Origin: an uncultured delta proteobacterium
Lineage (GTDB): Bacteria; Myxococcota; Myxococcia; Myxococcales; Anaeromyxobacteraceae
Assembly (NCBI GenBank): GCA_963766715.1
Contig: CAVYBH010000008.1
Coordinates: forward strand, 448,001-512,000
DNA length: 64,000 nt
Reading direction: 5' to 3'
Part shown: one piece after another, positions 19,423-29,930 of the stretch
How positions within the stretch are numbered: the first letter of the stretch is position 1
How the letters are laid out: the number at the start of each line of letters is the position of its first letter
The notes under the pieces: model-generated
The model's database searches: none
The model's input: the letters and a program-made list of their open reading frames with translations, nothing else
What the model was told of the DNA's origin: nothing
Program-made: the position numbers and the translations under genes

Positions 19423-21201
19423 CTAGGACCTCTCCTTCGCGAGGATCTCGCCGGTGACCGAGCGGGCGTCGAGGGGCATCCCGGTGACGTGGGCGATCCC
19501 GCGCAGGCGGGTCACCTGGTCCGCGGGAAGGTCGAGCTTGAGGAGCGCGCAGAGCTGGCCGTCCCGGTTCTGCTCGACCACGTAGACGCGGTCGTGGGCG
19601 GCCACGAAGTCGAGGACGCCGCGGGCGAAGGGCCAGGCGCGGACGCGGAGGTAGTCGGTGGCCAGCCCCGCCTCGGCGAGGAGCTGGTCCTGGCTCTCGC
19701 GGATGGCCGGGTCGGAGGAGCCGTAGGCGACGATCCCCACCCGCTCCTTCCCGCTCCCGCGCAGCACGGGCTCCGGCAGGATCTCCCGGGCCCGATCGAA
19801 CTTCCGGGAGAGCCGGTCCATGTTGGCCGTGAAGACGTCGGACCGCTCGCTGTAGGCGGCGCTCTCGTCGTGCCCCGTACCCCGCGTGAAATATCCGGCG
19901 CGGGGATGGTCGGTCCCCGGGAGCGTGCGCCAGCCGATCCCGTCGCCGTCGACGTCGGCGTAGCGGGCGAAGCCGCCCAGCCGCTCCAGGTCCGCCTTGC
20001 CGAGCACCTTGCCGCGGTCGATCGGGCGGGCCGGGTAGGCGAAGGGCTCGGCCATCCAGTTGTTCATGCCGAGGTCGAGGTCGGTGAGGACGAAGACCGG
20101 GGTCTGCAGCCGCTCCGACACGTCGAAGGCCTCCACCGCGAGCGAGAAGCACTCCTCCACCGAGCCGGGCAGGAGCAGGATCTGCTGGGTGTCCCCGTGG
20201 GAGAGGAGCGCGGTGGAGATCACGTCTCCCTGCGCGGTGCGGGTGGGGAGCCCGGTGGACGGGCCGACGCGCTGCACGTCGAAGATCACGCCGGGGATCT
20301 CCGCGTAGTAGCCGAGCCCGGCGAACTCGCTCATGAGCGACACGCCCGGACCGCTCGTCGCCGTCATGGAGCGGGCTCCGGCCCAGCCCGCTCCCAGCAC
20401 CATGCCCATGGCCGCGAGCTCGTCCTCGGCCTGGACCACCGCGTAGGTGGCCTTGCCGTCCGCGTCGTGGCGGTACTTCCGGAGGTAGGACGCCAGCGTC
20501 TCGACGAGCGACGACGACGGGGTGATGGGGTACCAGGTGACCACCGTGACGCCGGCGAAGAGCGCCCCGAGCGCGCAGGCGGCATTGCCGTCCACGATGA
20601 TCTTGCCGCGGTTCGCGTCCATCCGCTCGACGCGGTGCGGGTCGCGCTTCTCGAGCCGCGCGGCGTGCTCGAACCCGGCGCGGGCGGCGGCGACGTTCAG
20701 GTCCCGGGCCTTCGCCTTCCTCCCGAAGACCCGGCCGATGGCGGCCTCGACCTCGGCCATCTCGATCCCGAGCAGCCTGGCCACGACGCCCACGTAGGCC
20801 ATGTTCCGGAGCAGCTTGCGGAGCCTCGCGTCTCCCGTGATCGGCTCGACCACCTCGTCGAAGGCCACCGGGTAGAAGACGACGTCGGGGCGCGATCCCT
20901 CGAGCGCCAGCGGGGCGTCGTAGATCACCGACGCGCCCGGCTGCAGCCCGGCCACGTCCTCGCGGGCCGTCTCCGGGTTCATGGCGACGAGGAGGTCGAC
21001 CTCCTTCTTCCGGGCCACGTACCCGTCCCGGGAGGCACGGATCGTGTACCAGGTGGGCAATCCCGCGATGTTGGACGGGAAAAGATTCTTACCCGAGACG
21101 GGGATGCCCATCTGGAAGAGGGATCGGAGCAATACCGTGTTCGAGCTCTGCGATCCGGAGCCGTTCGCGGTGGCCACTTGGAGCGAGATGTCGTTCGTCA
21201 T
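19423..21201 (-). CDS. korA: 2-oxoacid:ferredoxin oxidoreductase alpha subunit (fused gamma domain)
   Basis: NGSGSQS, WYPITPSS, QAEDELAA, TSGPG, QRVGPSTGLPT, VEQNRDGQL. Confidence 0.92.
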   Translation of the reverse strand: MTNDISLQVATANGSGSQSSNTVLLRSLFQMGIPVSGKNLFPSNIAGLPTWYTIRASRDGYVARKKEVDLLVAMNPETAREDVAGLQPGASVIYDAPLALEGSRPDVVFYPVAFDEVVEPITGDARLRKLLRNMAYVGVVARLLGIEMAEVEAAIGRVFGRKAKARDLNVAAARAGFEHAARLEKRDPHRVERMDANRGKIIVDGNAACALGALFAGVTVVTWYPITPSSSLVETLASYLRKYRHDADGKATYAVVQAEDELAAMGMVLGAGWAGARSMTATSGPGVSLMSEFAGLGYYAEIPGVIFDVQRVGPSTGLPTRTAQGDVISTALLSHGDTQQILLLPGSVEECFSLAVEAFDVSERLQTPVFVLTDLDLGMNNWMAEPFAYPARPIDRGKVLGKADLERLGGFARYADVDGDGIGWRTLPGTDHPRAGYFTRGTGHDESAAYSERSDVFTANMDRLSRKFDRAREILPEPVLRGSGKERVGIVAYGSSDPAIRESQDQLLAEAGLATDYLRVRAWPFARGVLDFVAAHDRVYVVEQNRDGQLCALLKLDLPADQVTRLRGIAHVTGMPLDARSVTGEILAKERS

Positions 21202-21264
21202 CCGGTGCGTTGTTGCTAACGAACGCTTCCCGCCGACGCCACCGCGTCGCGCCGGGGCCCTGGA

Positions 21265-22047
21265 TCAGCGGGGCGAGACGAAGAGCGTGTGCAGGCTCTC
21301 GCCCAGCGAGCCGGCCGGGTCGAAGTGGCGGGCCCGGACCATGCCGATGCCGTCCGCCTCGATGGTGGTGGCGGCCGACATGCACACCCACTCGCCCTCG
21401 GGGTGGCGGTGGAGCACCAGGTTCAGGTCCACCGGCACGAAGGACCATCCCTGGAGCGGCAGCTCGGCGCTGATGCCGTTCGCGGAGTCGGCCATGGCGA
21501 CCAGCCGGCACAGGCCCGAGAAGGGCTCGCCCAGGACGAGCGGGATCCGGCAGCGGGTCCAGACGGTGGCCGGGCCCGGGCGGCCGAAGTGACCCTCGGT
21601 GAAACGCCACTCGAGCGCCTCGCCGTAGGGGAAGGGGCCCTGGCCGGGGAAGAAGGACTGCGGCTGGGGCGGCGGCAGCGGGGGCGCCGCGTCGCGCGGC
21701 CCGAGCCGGGGGCTCCGGCCGGGCTCGGCGAGCAGCTGCCAGGCGAGCGCGCTCATGACCTCCCGGCCGTTCACCGAGGCCCGGGCCGAGAGGAGCTGGA
21801 TCCGCTTCCCCGGGCGCAGGACGGCGGCGCTCACCTCCATCTCCCCGACCTCGATCGGCCCGAGCAGCTCGACCGAGAGGCGCGCGATCCGGGCTCCGGG
21901 ACGGGGCGCGAGCCCCTCGAGCACGTGGGCCAGCAGCGCCGCCGGGGGTCCGGCGTGCTGAAGTCCGGGCGACCAGGGGCCGACGGTGGCCTGGGTGGCG
22001 CGGTAGCGCCCCTCGCCTGCCCGCTCGTAGAAGGCCGGAGCGCTCAC
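21265..22047 (-). CDS. Double hot-dog acyl-CoA thioesterase family protein
   Basis: GPWSPGLQHAGPPAALL, LRPGKRIQL, ADSANG; start overlaps the upstream stop (GTGA). Confidence 0.82.
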   Translation of the reverse strand: MSAPAFYERAGEGRYRATQATVGPWSPGLQHAGPPAALLAHVLEGLAPRPGARIARLSVELLGPIEVGEMEVSAAVLRPGKRIQLLSARASVNGREVMSALAWQLLAEPGRSPRLGPRDAAPPLPPPQPQSFFPGQGPFPYGEALEWRFTEGHFGRPGPATVWTRCRIPLVLGEPFSGLCRLVAMADSANGISAELPLQGWSFVPVDLNLVLHRHPEGEWVCMSAATTIEADGIGMVRARHFDPAGSLGESLHTLFVSPR

Positions 22048-22763
22048 CTGCGCTCCAGCGCCGCGGCGATGGCGCTGCGCGCCGCCTCCCGCAGGGCGGC
22101 CGCGTTCGGGTAGCGGGACGGGTCGAGGGGCTCGAGCACCTCGACCACCGCGTCCATCCGGTTGCGGAGGACCATGCCGTGCTTGGGCAGCGACTCGTGC
22201 GTCCCGGAGATCGCCACCGGGATCACCGGGACGCCGGCGTCCCGCGCCAGGCGGAAGGCGCCGTCCTTGAACGGCTGCAGCTTCCCGTCCGCCGATCGCG
22301 TGCCCTCCGGGAAGAGGAGGACCGGGCTCCCCTCGGCCAGGAGCGCCCGGCACCTGGCCATCATCCGGCGGACCGAGTCGGCGGCGCCGCGGGTGATCGG
22401 GACGTAGCCGTTCAGCACCATGTTCCAGCCCAGGAAGGGGATGCGGAAGTTGGAGGCCTTGGAGACCCACTTGAACGGACGGTAGAGCCCGAAGAGGACG
22501 AGGATGTCGATGAGCGAGAGGTGGTTGGCCACGATCACGGCCGGCCCCTTCCAGGGCAGCCGGTCGCGCCCGACGATCCGGCACCGCCAGAGCGGGTTCA
22601 CCTGCACGTAGACGTACCCCCACCAGCAGGTGAAGAGGTGCAGCACCACCCTTCGCCTGTCGAAGGGCGCGGTGACAAGGAAGATCAGGAGCGACACCGA
22701 GAACAGGAGGGAGAGCGAGAGCGCGAAGAAGACCCAGTAGACGATCGAGAAGAGCGCCAGCAT
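22044..22763 (-). CDS. plsC: Lysophospholipid (1-acyl-sn-glycerol-3-phosphate) acyltransferase
   Basis: ANHLSLID (HX4D) and LFPEGTRS motifs. Confidence 0.88.
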   Translation of the reverse strand: MLALFSIVYWVFFALSLSLLFSVSLLIFLVTAPFDRRRVVLHLFTCWWGYVYVQVNPLWRCRIVGRDRLPWKGPAVIVANHLSLIDILVLFGLYRPFKWVSKASNFRIPFLGWNMVLNGYVPITRGAADSVRRMMARCRALLAEGSPVLLFPEGTRSADGKLQPFKDGAFRLARDAGVPVIPVAISGTHESLPKHGMVLRNRMDAVVEVLEPLDPSRYPNAAALREAARSAIAAALERR

Positions 22764-24097
22764 CAGCCCTCCTCGATGCGGGTCGCCGGCGCCACCTCGT
22801 CGAGGATCCGGTAGAGGCCGTGCTTGGGGAGCCGGGTGAAGCCGGACCACGCCGCGCCGGCCAGCGTGCCGTCCTCCAGCCAGTCGGAGAGCCACTGCCA
22901 GGCCGACGACGGGTCGCGCTGCACGACGCCTGCGCCGCTCTCGCGCACCCAGCGCCGGTTGTACCGCTCGTGGACGCCGACCGGCGCCGCGAAGACCAGC
23001 GGGAGGCCCAGCGCCGCGTAGAAGGAGAGCTCGGACGGCTTGGTCCAGAGCGCGTCGGTGCGCGCCATGGCCGCGTCGAAGCGGTCGAAGTACTCGTCGA
23101 GCGTGTCGGCGCGCAGGATCTCCAGCCCCGCGCCGAGGAGCCCCTCCATCCGGGCCCTCTGGATCTCCTCCCGGAAGCGCGCCTCGACGGTGGCGCGCAC
23201 CCCGGCCACCAGCGTGAGGCGCAGGCGCCCCTCCTCGACCGCCCGGCGCACGCCGGGAAGGAACTGCCGGGCCATCTCGGCCTGGGCCCCGGCGCCCCCG
23301 ACCGCGAAGGTGAGCGTGGGCGGGCGCCCCTCCTCGGCCTCCGGCAGCGGGCCGAGGAACTGGGCCAGCTCCTCCCGGTAGTCGCGCCGGAAGGTTCCGG
23401 ACGGGTCGAGCCGCACGAGCCGGGCCGCCAGGTTGCGGCGCAGGGCGAGCAGGCCCCGGCCCCCCAGCAGCTCGTGCGGCAGCGGGAAGCCCGTGAAGGA
23501 GATGCGGTGCTCGGGGACGCCGTAGCTGCGCAGGCGGCGCGCGGCGCGCGGGCTCGGCACCAGGTAGCGGATGCTGGTGCGGGCCGCGGCCAGCGGGGCC
23601 CAGACCCGGTTGATGTCACTGTCCGTGACTACGCACCAGACGTTGGCCAGTCCGGCGGCGTCGGCCGCGATGGCGGGCGAGTAGAAGGTGGTGAGGAGCG
23701 GCGCCCCGGTCTCGCGCATCCGCGCGATGAGCCCCTTGCCCAGGTCGCGCCGGATCAGCCGGTCGAGGGTGGACACGCCGCGGGTGGGCGCGGAGAGGTC
23801 GCGGTACGGGTGGAGGTGCGGGATGTCGGTGACCGAGTCGAGCATCCACCGGAAGGGGCCGCCCAGCATGGGAAGCTGGGAGGCCCGGCTGGTCCACTCG
23901 TAGGCGGTCCGCACCCGGTCCCAGACCTTCTTCTCCTCGGGCCCGACGAGCGGCGGCTGGTCCACCAGGGTGACGTCGGTGCCGAGCGCGCGGGCCAGGG
24001 GGCGCGCGGCGCGGATGTGGCCGTAGCCCATGTCGACGGCCACGACGAGCGGCTTCACGCGGTGGAAGTCGAGGGCGGGAGCGGGCGGCGATTCCAT
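22763..24097 (-). CDS. GT-B fold glycosyltransferase-like protein (MGDG-synthase-like, DUF6938-like)
   Basis: VDMGYGHIRAA, VVTDSD, TGFPL, VGGAGA, LWTKPSEL, PVGVHERYN. Confidence 0.7.
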   Translation of the reverse strand: MESPPAPALDFHRVKPLVVAVDMGYGHIRAARPLARALGTDVTLVDQPPLVGPEEKKVWDRVRTAYEWTSRASQLPMLGGPFRWMLDSVTDIPHLHPYRDLSAPTRGVSTLDRLIRRDLGKGLIARMRETGAPLLTTFYSPAIAADAAGLANVWCVVTDSDINRVWAPLAAARTSIRYLVPSPRAARRLRSYGVPEHRISFTGFPLPHELLGGRGLLALRRNLAARLVRLDPSGTFRRDYREELAQFLGPLPEAEEGRPPTLTFAVGGAGAQAEMARQFLPGVRRAVEEGRLRLTLVAGVRATVEARFREEIQRARMEGLLGAGLEILRADTLDEYFDRFDAAMARTDALWTKPSELSFYAALGLPLVFAAPVGVHERYNRRWVRESGAGVVQRDPSSAWQWLSDWLEDGTLAGAAWSGFTRLPKHGLYRILDEVAPATRIEEG

Positions 24098-24111
24098 GGC
24101 CTGGAAGGAAT

Positions 24112-25262
24112 CTATCGGGTCGACGGTGGGCGGCGCGAGCCGGGTGCCCGGGAACACCCGGAGCCGGTTGCCGCGCCAGTCCACCGTGCGCCGGAAGAAG
24201 CCCTCGATCCAGGCCAGGCCGAGCAGCAGGTCCTTCCCCGGGACCGCCAGCACCTGCGCGGGGCGGAAGCCGTCCGGGCGGAGCGCCGCACCGGCCGCGC
24301 CGTCGAGCAGCGACCGCGCGCCGGCGACGGCCAGCCAGGCCGCCGAGGTCCAGGCCGCCGGGGCCACGAGGAGCGCCACGGTGGCGAGCAGCACCGGGTT
24401 GCGGACGACCTGCGCCGCGTAGAGCCACGGCCCCACCAGCGCGTGCTGGAGGACGGCCCAGCGCCGGGCGCGGTGGAAGAACTGCACGACGGTGGCGGTC
24501 CTGCACCACGTTCTGCACCGGCCGCGACGCCAGCTCGACCCGCTTCCCGAGCAGCCGCGGCACCATCTGCCCGAGGACGTAGTCCTCGGCCAGCAGGTCC
24601 TTCACCGGCTCGAAGCCGCCCAGGGCGAGCAGGTCGACGCGCCGGAGCGCCATCGACTTGCCCATCACCACGTCCCGGCCGGCGATCTGCTTGGCCGCGG
24701 CGATCCCCGTGGCCACGCCGCCGGCGAGGTGCAGGTTCTCGAGCAGGGCCCCGCCGCTCCGCTCCCCCACCCCGGCGATGAGGTGGGTGACGAGGCCGAC
24801 CTCCGGATCCTCGAGGCGTGCGGCGATCTCCGAGAGGTAGCCGGGCTCCACGCGCACGTTCGAGTCGGAGATGACGAGGATGGGATGGCGGGCCGCCGCG
24901 GTGAGCGACGCGAGCTGGCTCACCTTGGGGTTCATGCCCAGGCTCCCGCCCTCCATCACCACGCGGAAGTGCTCCGGCCACCGCGCCGCCGCCGCGTGCG
25001 CGACCGGGGCGGCGGGGTCGGATGCGTCGTGGAGCCCGAGGAGCACCTCGCAGTGCGGCCAGTCCTGCGCCGCGAAGGAGGCCAGGTTGGCCTCCAGGCC
25101 GTCGTCGACGCCCCGGAGCGGCTTCAGCACCGAGATGGCGGCGCCGTCCCGCGGGACGGGAACCGGCCGGGCCAGCTGGCGACGGAGCGCGCGCCCCTCG
25201 ACCCAGAGCATCGCCAGGCCGGTCGCGGCGACGGCGAGCAGCGCGAGGGCGACGCTGGTCAT
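24112..25262 (-). CDS. Ceramide glucosyltransferase/HpnI-like GT2 membrane glycosyltransferase (frameshift ~24495; the 3' end as sequenced reads into the next gene)
   Basis: SVLKPLRGVD, GMNPKV, ISDSNVRV, GKSMALRR, LAEDY, RARRW, TVDWRGNRL. Confidence 0.78.
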
Positions 25263-25275
25263 TCGGAGCCGCGGC

Positions 25276-26838
25276 TCAGAGCGGCAGGTTGCCGTGCTTC
25301 CGGGGCGGGTTCACCTGCCGCTTGGTGCGCAGCATCTCGAAGGCGCGGATCACCCGGGGCCGGGTGTCCTCGGGCTTCAGCACCTCGTCGACGTAGCCCA
25401 GCTCGGCCGCCCGGTAGGGGTTGGCGAATCGCTCCCGGTACTCGGCCGTGAGCCGGGCCCGCTCGGCCTCCGGGTCCGCGGCGGAGCTGATCTCCTTGCG
25501 GAAGATGACGTTCACCGCCCCCTCGGGGCTGGTGACGGCGATCTCGGCGGTGGGCCAGGCCAGGTTCACGTCCGCGCGCAGGTGCTTCGACGCCATGAGG
25601 TCGTAGGCCACTCCCCACGCACGGCGGGTGATGACCGTCACCTTGGGCACCGTCGCCTCGGCATAGGCGTAGAGGAGCTTCGCGCCGTGGCGGATGAGGC
25701 CGCCCCATTCCTGGGCCGCGCCGGCCAGGAATCCGGGGACGTCGACGAAGGTGAGGATCGGGATCCCGAAGGCGTCGCAGAAGCGCACGAAGCGGGCCGC
25801 CTTCACCGAGGCGTCGCAGTCGAGCACGCCGGCGAGCACGGCAGGCTGGTTGCCGACCACGCCCACCGGCCTCCCGCCCAGCCGGGCGAAGCCGCAGACC
25901 AGGTTCTCGGCGAAGTGCCGGCTCACCTCGACGAAGCGCCGGTCGTCGACCACGGCCCGGACGACCTCCTTCATGTCGTACGGGCGATTCGGGTTCTCCG
26001 GGACGATGGTCTTCAGCGCCTCGTCGCGCCGGCCCGGGGCGTCGGTGCACGGCTGCGCCGGCAGCTCGGCGGCGGCGCTCAGGGGGAGGAAGGAGAGGAG
26101 CTCGCGCACCGCCTTCAGGGTCGCCGCCTCGCCGTCGAAGGCGAAGTGGGCCACGCCGGAGCGGGTCGCGTGCGCCATCGCCCCGCCCAGCTCCTCCTTC
26201 GTGACCTCCTCGTGGGTCACGGCACGGACCACCTCGGGTCCGTTCAGGAACATCGTGGAGGCCCCCTTCACCATGAAGACGAAGTCGGTGATGGCCGGCC
26301 CGTAGACCGCCCCACCGGCGCAGGGGCCGAGGATGACGGAGATCTGCGGCACCACGCCGGACGCGAGCGTGTTGCGGAGGAAGATGTCGGCGTAGCCGGC
26401 CAGGGCCTCGACCCCCTCCTGCACGCGGGCCCCGCCCGAGTCGTGGAGGCCGACCACCGGGCAGCCCAGCTGCAGCGCCAGGTCCATCACCTTGCAGATC
26501 TTCTCCGCGTAGGCCCGCGAGAGCGAGCCGCCGAACACGGTGAAGTCCTGGGCGAAGACGAACACCTGCCGCCCGTCCACGAGCCCGTGCCCGGTGACCA
26601 CGCCGTCGCCCGGGATCTTCTGGCGCTCCATGCCGAAGTCGGCGCTGCGATGCGTCTTGAACTTGTCGACCTCGATGAACGAGCCCGGGTCGAGGAAGAG
26701 CTCGATGCGTTCCCGGGCGGTGAGCTTGCCGGCCTCGTGCTGGCGGGCGACGCGCTCCTCGCCGCCTCCCTGCTCGGCAGCCTGGTTCATCGAGTCGAGC
26801 AGCGCGCGGCGCGGATCGGGATCGACGGGTCTCGACAT
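25276..26838 (-). CDS. pccB: Acyl-CoA (propionyl-CoA) carboxylase carboxyltransferase subunit
   Basis: GKLTARERI, PGDGVVTG, QDFTVFGGS, DSGGARVQEG, GPCAGGAVY, DVPGFL, KHGNLPL. Confidence 0.9.
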   Translation of the reverse strand: MSRPVDPDPRRALLDSMNQAAEQGGGEERVARQHEAGKLTARERIELFLDPGSFIEVDKFKTHRSADFGMERQKIPGDGVVTGHGLVDGRQVFVFAQDFTVFGGSLSRAYAEKICKVMDLALQLGCPVVGLHDSGGARVQEGVEALAGYADIFLRNTLASGVVPQISVILGPCAGGAVYGPAITDFVFMVKGASTMFLNGPEVVRAVTHEEVTKEELGGAMAHATRSGVAHFAFDGEAATLKAVRELLSFLPLSAAAELPAQPCTDAPGRRDEALKTIVPENPNRPYDMKEVVRAVVDDRRFVEVSRHFAENLVCGFARLGGRPVGVVGNQPAVLAGVLDCDASVKAARFVRFCDAFGIPILTFVDVPGFLAGAAQEWGGLIRHGAKLLYAYAEATVPKVTVITRRAWGVAYDLMASKHLRADVNLAWPTAEIAVTSPEGAVNVIFRKEISSAADPEAERARLTAEYRERFANPYRAAELGYVDEVLKPEDTRPRVIRAFEMLRTKRQVNPPRKHGNLPL

Positions 26839-26865
26839 GGGGTGGCGAGGATAGCGAGCCCGCGG

Positions 26866-29053
26866 CTAGAGCGCGAGCCCCTCCTCGCGCCACCAGTCGG
26901 CCCAGGCCCGGGCCGCCCGCCGCCGCTCCGGCCCCGGCGCGTCGGCCCGGTAGGCGACGGGGGGCTCGCCGGCGCGGCGGAGCTCGGCGGCGGCCTGCTC
27001 GCGGAGGTCGAGGTCGGGGGAGTCGAGGGCCTGGAGGAGCCAGCTCGAGCGAGGGGCGGCCCGCCACTCGCGCCACCAGCCGATCCAGGGCTTCGGATCC
27101 GGCCCGAGTCGCTGGAGGGTGATGCGCGAGAGCGCGTCGGCGCTGGCGGCGGCCAGCTCCCCGCCCTGCTCGAGCAGCTGGATGAGCAGCGGGACGGAGT
27201 CCGCGTCCGCGAGCCGGCCCAGGGCCCGGGCGGCCGGCAGGGCGCGGGCCGGCGCGTCCGCTGCCGAGCGAGCGGCGCAGGTCGGCGACGAGCGGCGGGA
27301 GGGCGGGCGTCCCCCTCGCGGCGACCAGCGCCTCCCGGGCCTCGGCGGCCACGGAGGAATCCTCGTCCTGGATCCGCGCGGCGAGCCGGGCGAGGGTCGA
27401 GGGGTCTCCGAGCCGGGCGAGCAGCGCCACGGCGGCGCGGCGGCGCGCGGCGTCGGGGTCCTCGAGCGCGGCGAGCAGCGGCTTCTCCGCGGCGCGCCCG
27501 ACCGCCACGGTCCCGGCGAAGATCGGCCCCCGCGCCTCTGCAGGGAAGGAAGGCGTCGCCCTGTCCTCCATCTCCATGGGTCCAGGCAGTCGCGCCACCA
27601 GCGCGGCGGCGGCCTCCGGCCCTCCCTCGACGAGCCGGGCGACGAGCTGCTGGCGGTCGTCGGAGCCGCGGGAGCTCGAGGCCAGCGCCTCGACGAGCGA
27701 CGCCACGTCCTCGGCCCGCCCGGACGAGAGGGCCTCGGCCGCCGACGCCACCTCGTACTCGCCGAGGTCCACGTCCACGGAGAAGGGAAGCGGATCGACC
27801 TCGACGCGGGCCGGCTCGCTGACCTTCCAGCCGTCGTCCGCCGAGGCCTCGGCCGGGCCGGCGGCCTGGGCCGGTGCGGATTCCTCGACCGGGAGGGGTG
27901 CGTCTCGAGGGGTGCGTTCTCGAGGGGCGCTGCGTCCTCGAGGGGCGCTGAGTCGGCGGCGGGCGTGCATCGACGGGAGGCGCGGGCTCGACCGGGCGGG
28001 TCGGCTCCGGGGCGACGGCGGGAGACCGGGAGCGCCGGGTCCGGCGTCCTCTCGCCTGCCGCCTTCCGGCTCCGGATCATCCGCTCCAGCGAGGCGCCGA
28101 GCGCACCCAGCAGCACGAAGAGGTCGCCGAGCCGGCTCGAGGTGACCGGCGCGTCGTCGTTGTCGGCGTAGAGCACGCAGGCGGGGCGCTCGCCCTACGA
28201 ACACCGGCGCCACGAGCACCGTGTGCGGACCGACGCGCCCCAGCCCGCCCAGGATCGACGCGGTGACCGGATCGGAAGGCGGCGGGCCCAGGTACGGGGC
28301 GCGCGCGCCGAGCGGGGCGCCGAAGAGCCCGGCGGCGTCCAGGCTCACCGAGAGGCGGCGGCAGGCCTCCCGCGCGCGGGGATCCGCTCCCAGCGCGTCG
28401 TGTCCGGAGAGGCCGTCGCGGCGGACCGAGAACACGGCGGCGAAGGAGAAGAAGTCGAGCGCGTAGCGCAGCGCCACGCGGATGGCGGCGTCGCGGTCCG
28501 GGGCTGCCGCGAGCGCCTCCCCGGCCTGGGCCGCGGTCCAGCGCGGCGCGGCCGCGGGGACGGGAGGCGGCGGGGGAGGCTCGCGCTCGGGGGCTCCGGC
28601 CAGCGCGGCCAGGCGTTCGGCGAGAGGGCTCCCGTAGAGCTTGTGGACGAGGGAGCGGACGCGCCACTCGGGGGCGACGTGGGCCCGGAGGTGCAGGGAG
28701 AGCAGGAAGCCGATCTCGTCGATGAGCCCGAGGTCCGGCGGGTAGGCGGTCACCACCGAGAGGTCGCGGCCGTCGAGCGCGAACGGGGCGATGCCGTGCC
28801 GCTCGGCGACCTTGGCGGGGAAGACCCGCCGCGCCCGGGGATCGGGGCTCGTGAAGGCCGTCTCGGGAGGCGCCGGCAGGCCTGTGACGCGGGCCAGGAC
28901 CTCGGGCAGCCTCGAGCCCGGGACGAGGCGCATCTCGAGCAGCGCCGTGTCGATCGATCCGCCGGACTGCTCCTGCCGCGCCACCACCCGCTCCGCGTCG
29001 CCGCGCGACAAGGCGCCGTCGGCGACGAGGCGCGCCAGCAGGGGCTCGCTCAC
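26866..29053 (-). CDS. FrgA-like protein: T2SSE_N/MshEN-like N-terminus, GAF-like middle, HEAT repeats; frameshifts ~28195 and ~27250
   Basis: LVADGALSRGDAERVVARQEQSGGSIDTALLE, FPAKVAERHGIAPF, VLYADN, AALEDPDAARRRAAVALL repeats, TLQRLGPDPKPWIGWW. Confidence 0.65.
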
Positions 29054-29860
29054 GTTCCCCTCCCGCCGTCCACGCCCAGCACCACCCAGGTTCCCGCGCC
29101 GAGATCGTGCGCCCCCCTGCCCTCCCGGTTGAAGAGGGCGAGCAGGAGCCCGACGCCGAGGAAGGCCGCCGAGGGCAGCGCCAGCAGCGCGCGCACCGCG
29201 CTCCTCCCCGGGGTGGGCCGCTCGCCGTCGGGGCCGACCACGCGCAGCGCGAGGAGACGCATGCCCGGGGTCGCGCCGGTGAGCGTCACGCCGAGCCACT
29301 GGTAGGCGAAGGCGAGCAGCGCGACCACCAGGATCACCGGGACCAGGATCTCGCGCTGCGGGGGAAGGAGGTCGGCCTTCCCGATCACCGGCAGGAGCAG
29401 GAGGGCGAGCAGGGCGCCGAGGAGGGCGCCGTCGACGGCCCAGGCAGCCGCGCGCCTCCACGGCGGAGCCCGCCGGCGGTGCACCTCGATGGCCAGGACG
29501 TCGGGGTCGACGTCGAAGTCCGCCGGTGCCGGCTCGGGCTCGCGCGCGGGCGCGGGCTCGGGAGAGGGAGGCGGGACCGGGCGCGACGCGGGGCGCTGTC
29601 GCGAGGGGGAGCGCACCGGCGGCCGGGGGGCGGTGGACGGTTCCCTCGGCGGGCGGCGCCATCTCCCAGTCGAGCGGCACCGGCGTGATCGCCTCCCAGG
29701 TCCCGGAGGAGCGATCCCGGAGGTCGCCGCGGCGATCGAGGGAGAGCGGCCGGTCGAGCGGCGTGCTGCCCCCCTCGTCGACGAGGGCGATGGGCACGCC
29801 GCATCCCGCACATCGGATGGCGGCGGCGCCGTTCTCCGTCCGGCAGCGGGGGCAGTGCAC
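29050..29860 (-). CDS. RDD family membrane protein with N-terminal zinc ribbon; frameshift ~29580
   Basis: CPRCRTEN..CAGCG; APPWRRAAAWAVD, GATPGMRLLALRVV, AHDLGAGTWVV. Confidence 0.8.
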
Positions 29861-29930
29861 GTCGAAAGGAGTACCGGCGCACCAGGGCGGGGTCAAGACA
29901 CCGAAGGCCTGCCCCGCGGGATATCGGCCG

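Noticed and set aside
27901..27952. Three CTCGAGGGG units
   Set aside because: Short coding repeat (PLEDAAPLENAPLET) in a linker; not CRISPR-like
25259..29896. 1545-aa ORF, and similar giant ORFs 10608..14753 and 7865..9562
   Set aside because: Mosaics of real gene segments and off-frame Arg/Pro/Gly-rich translation caused by indels and the scarcity of stops at high GC
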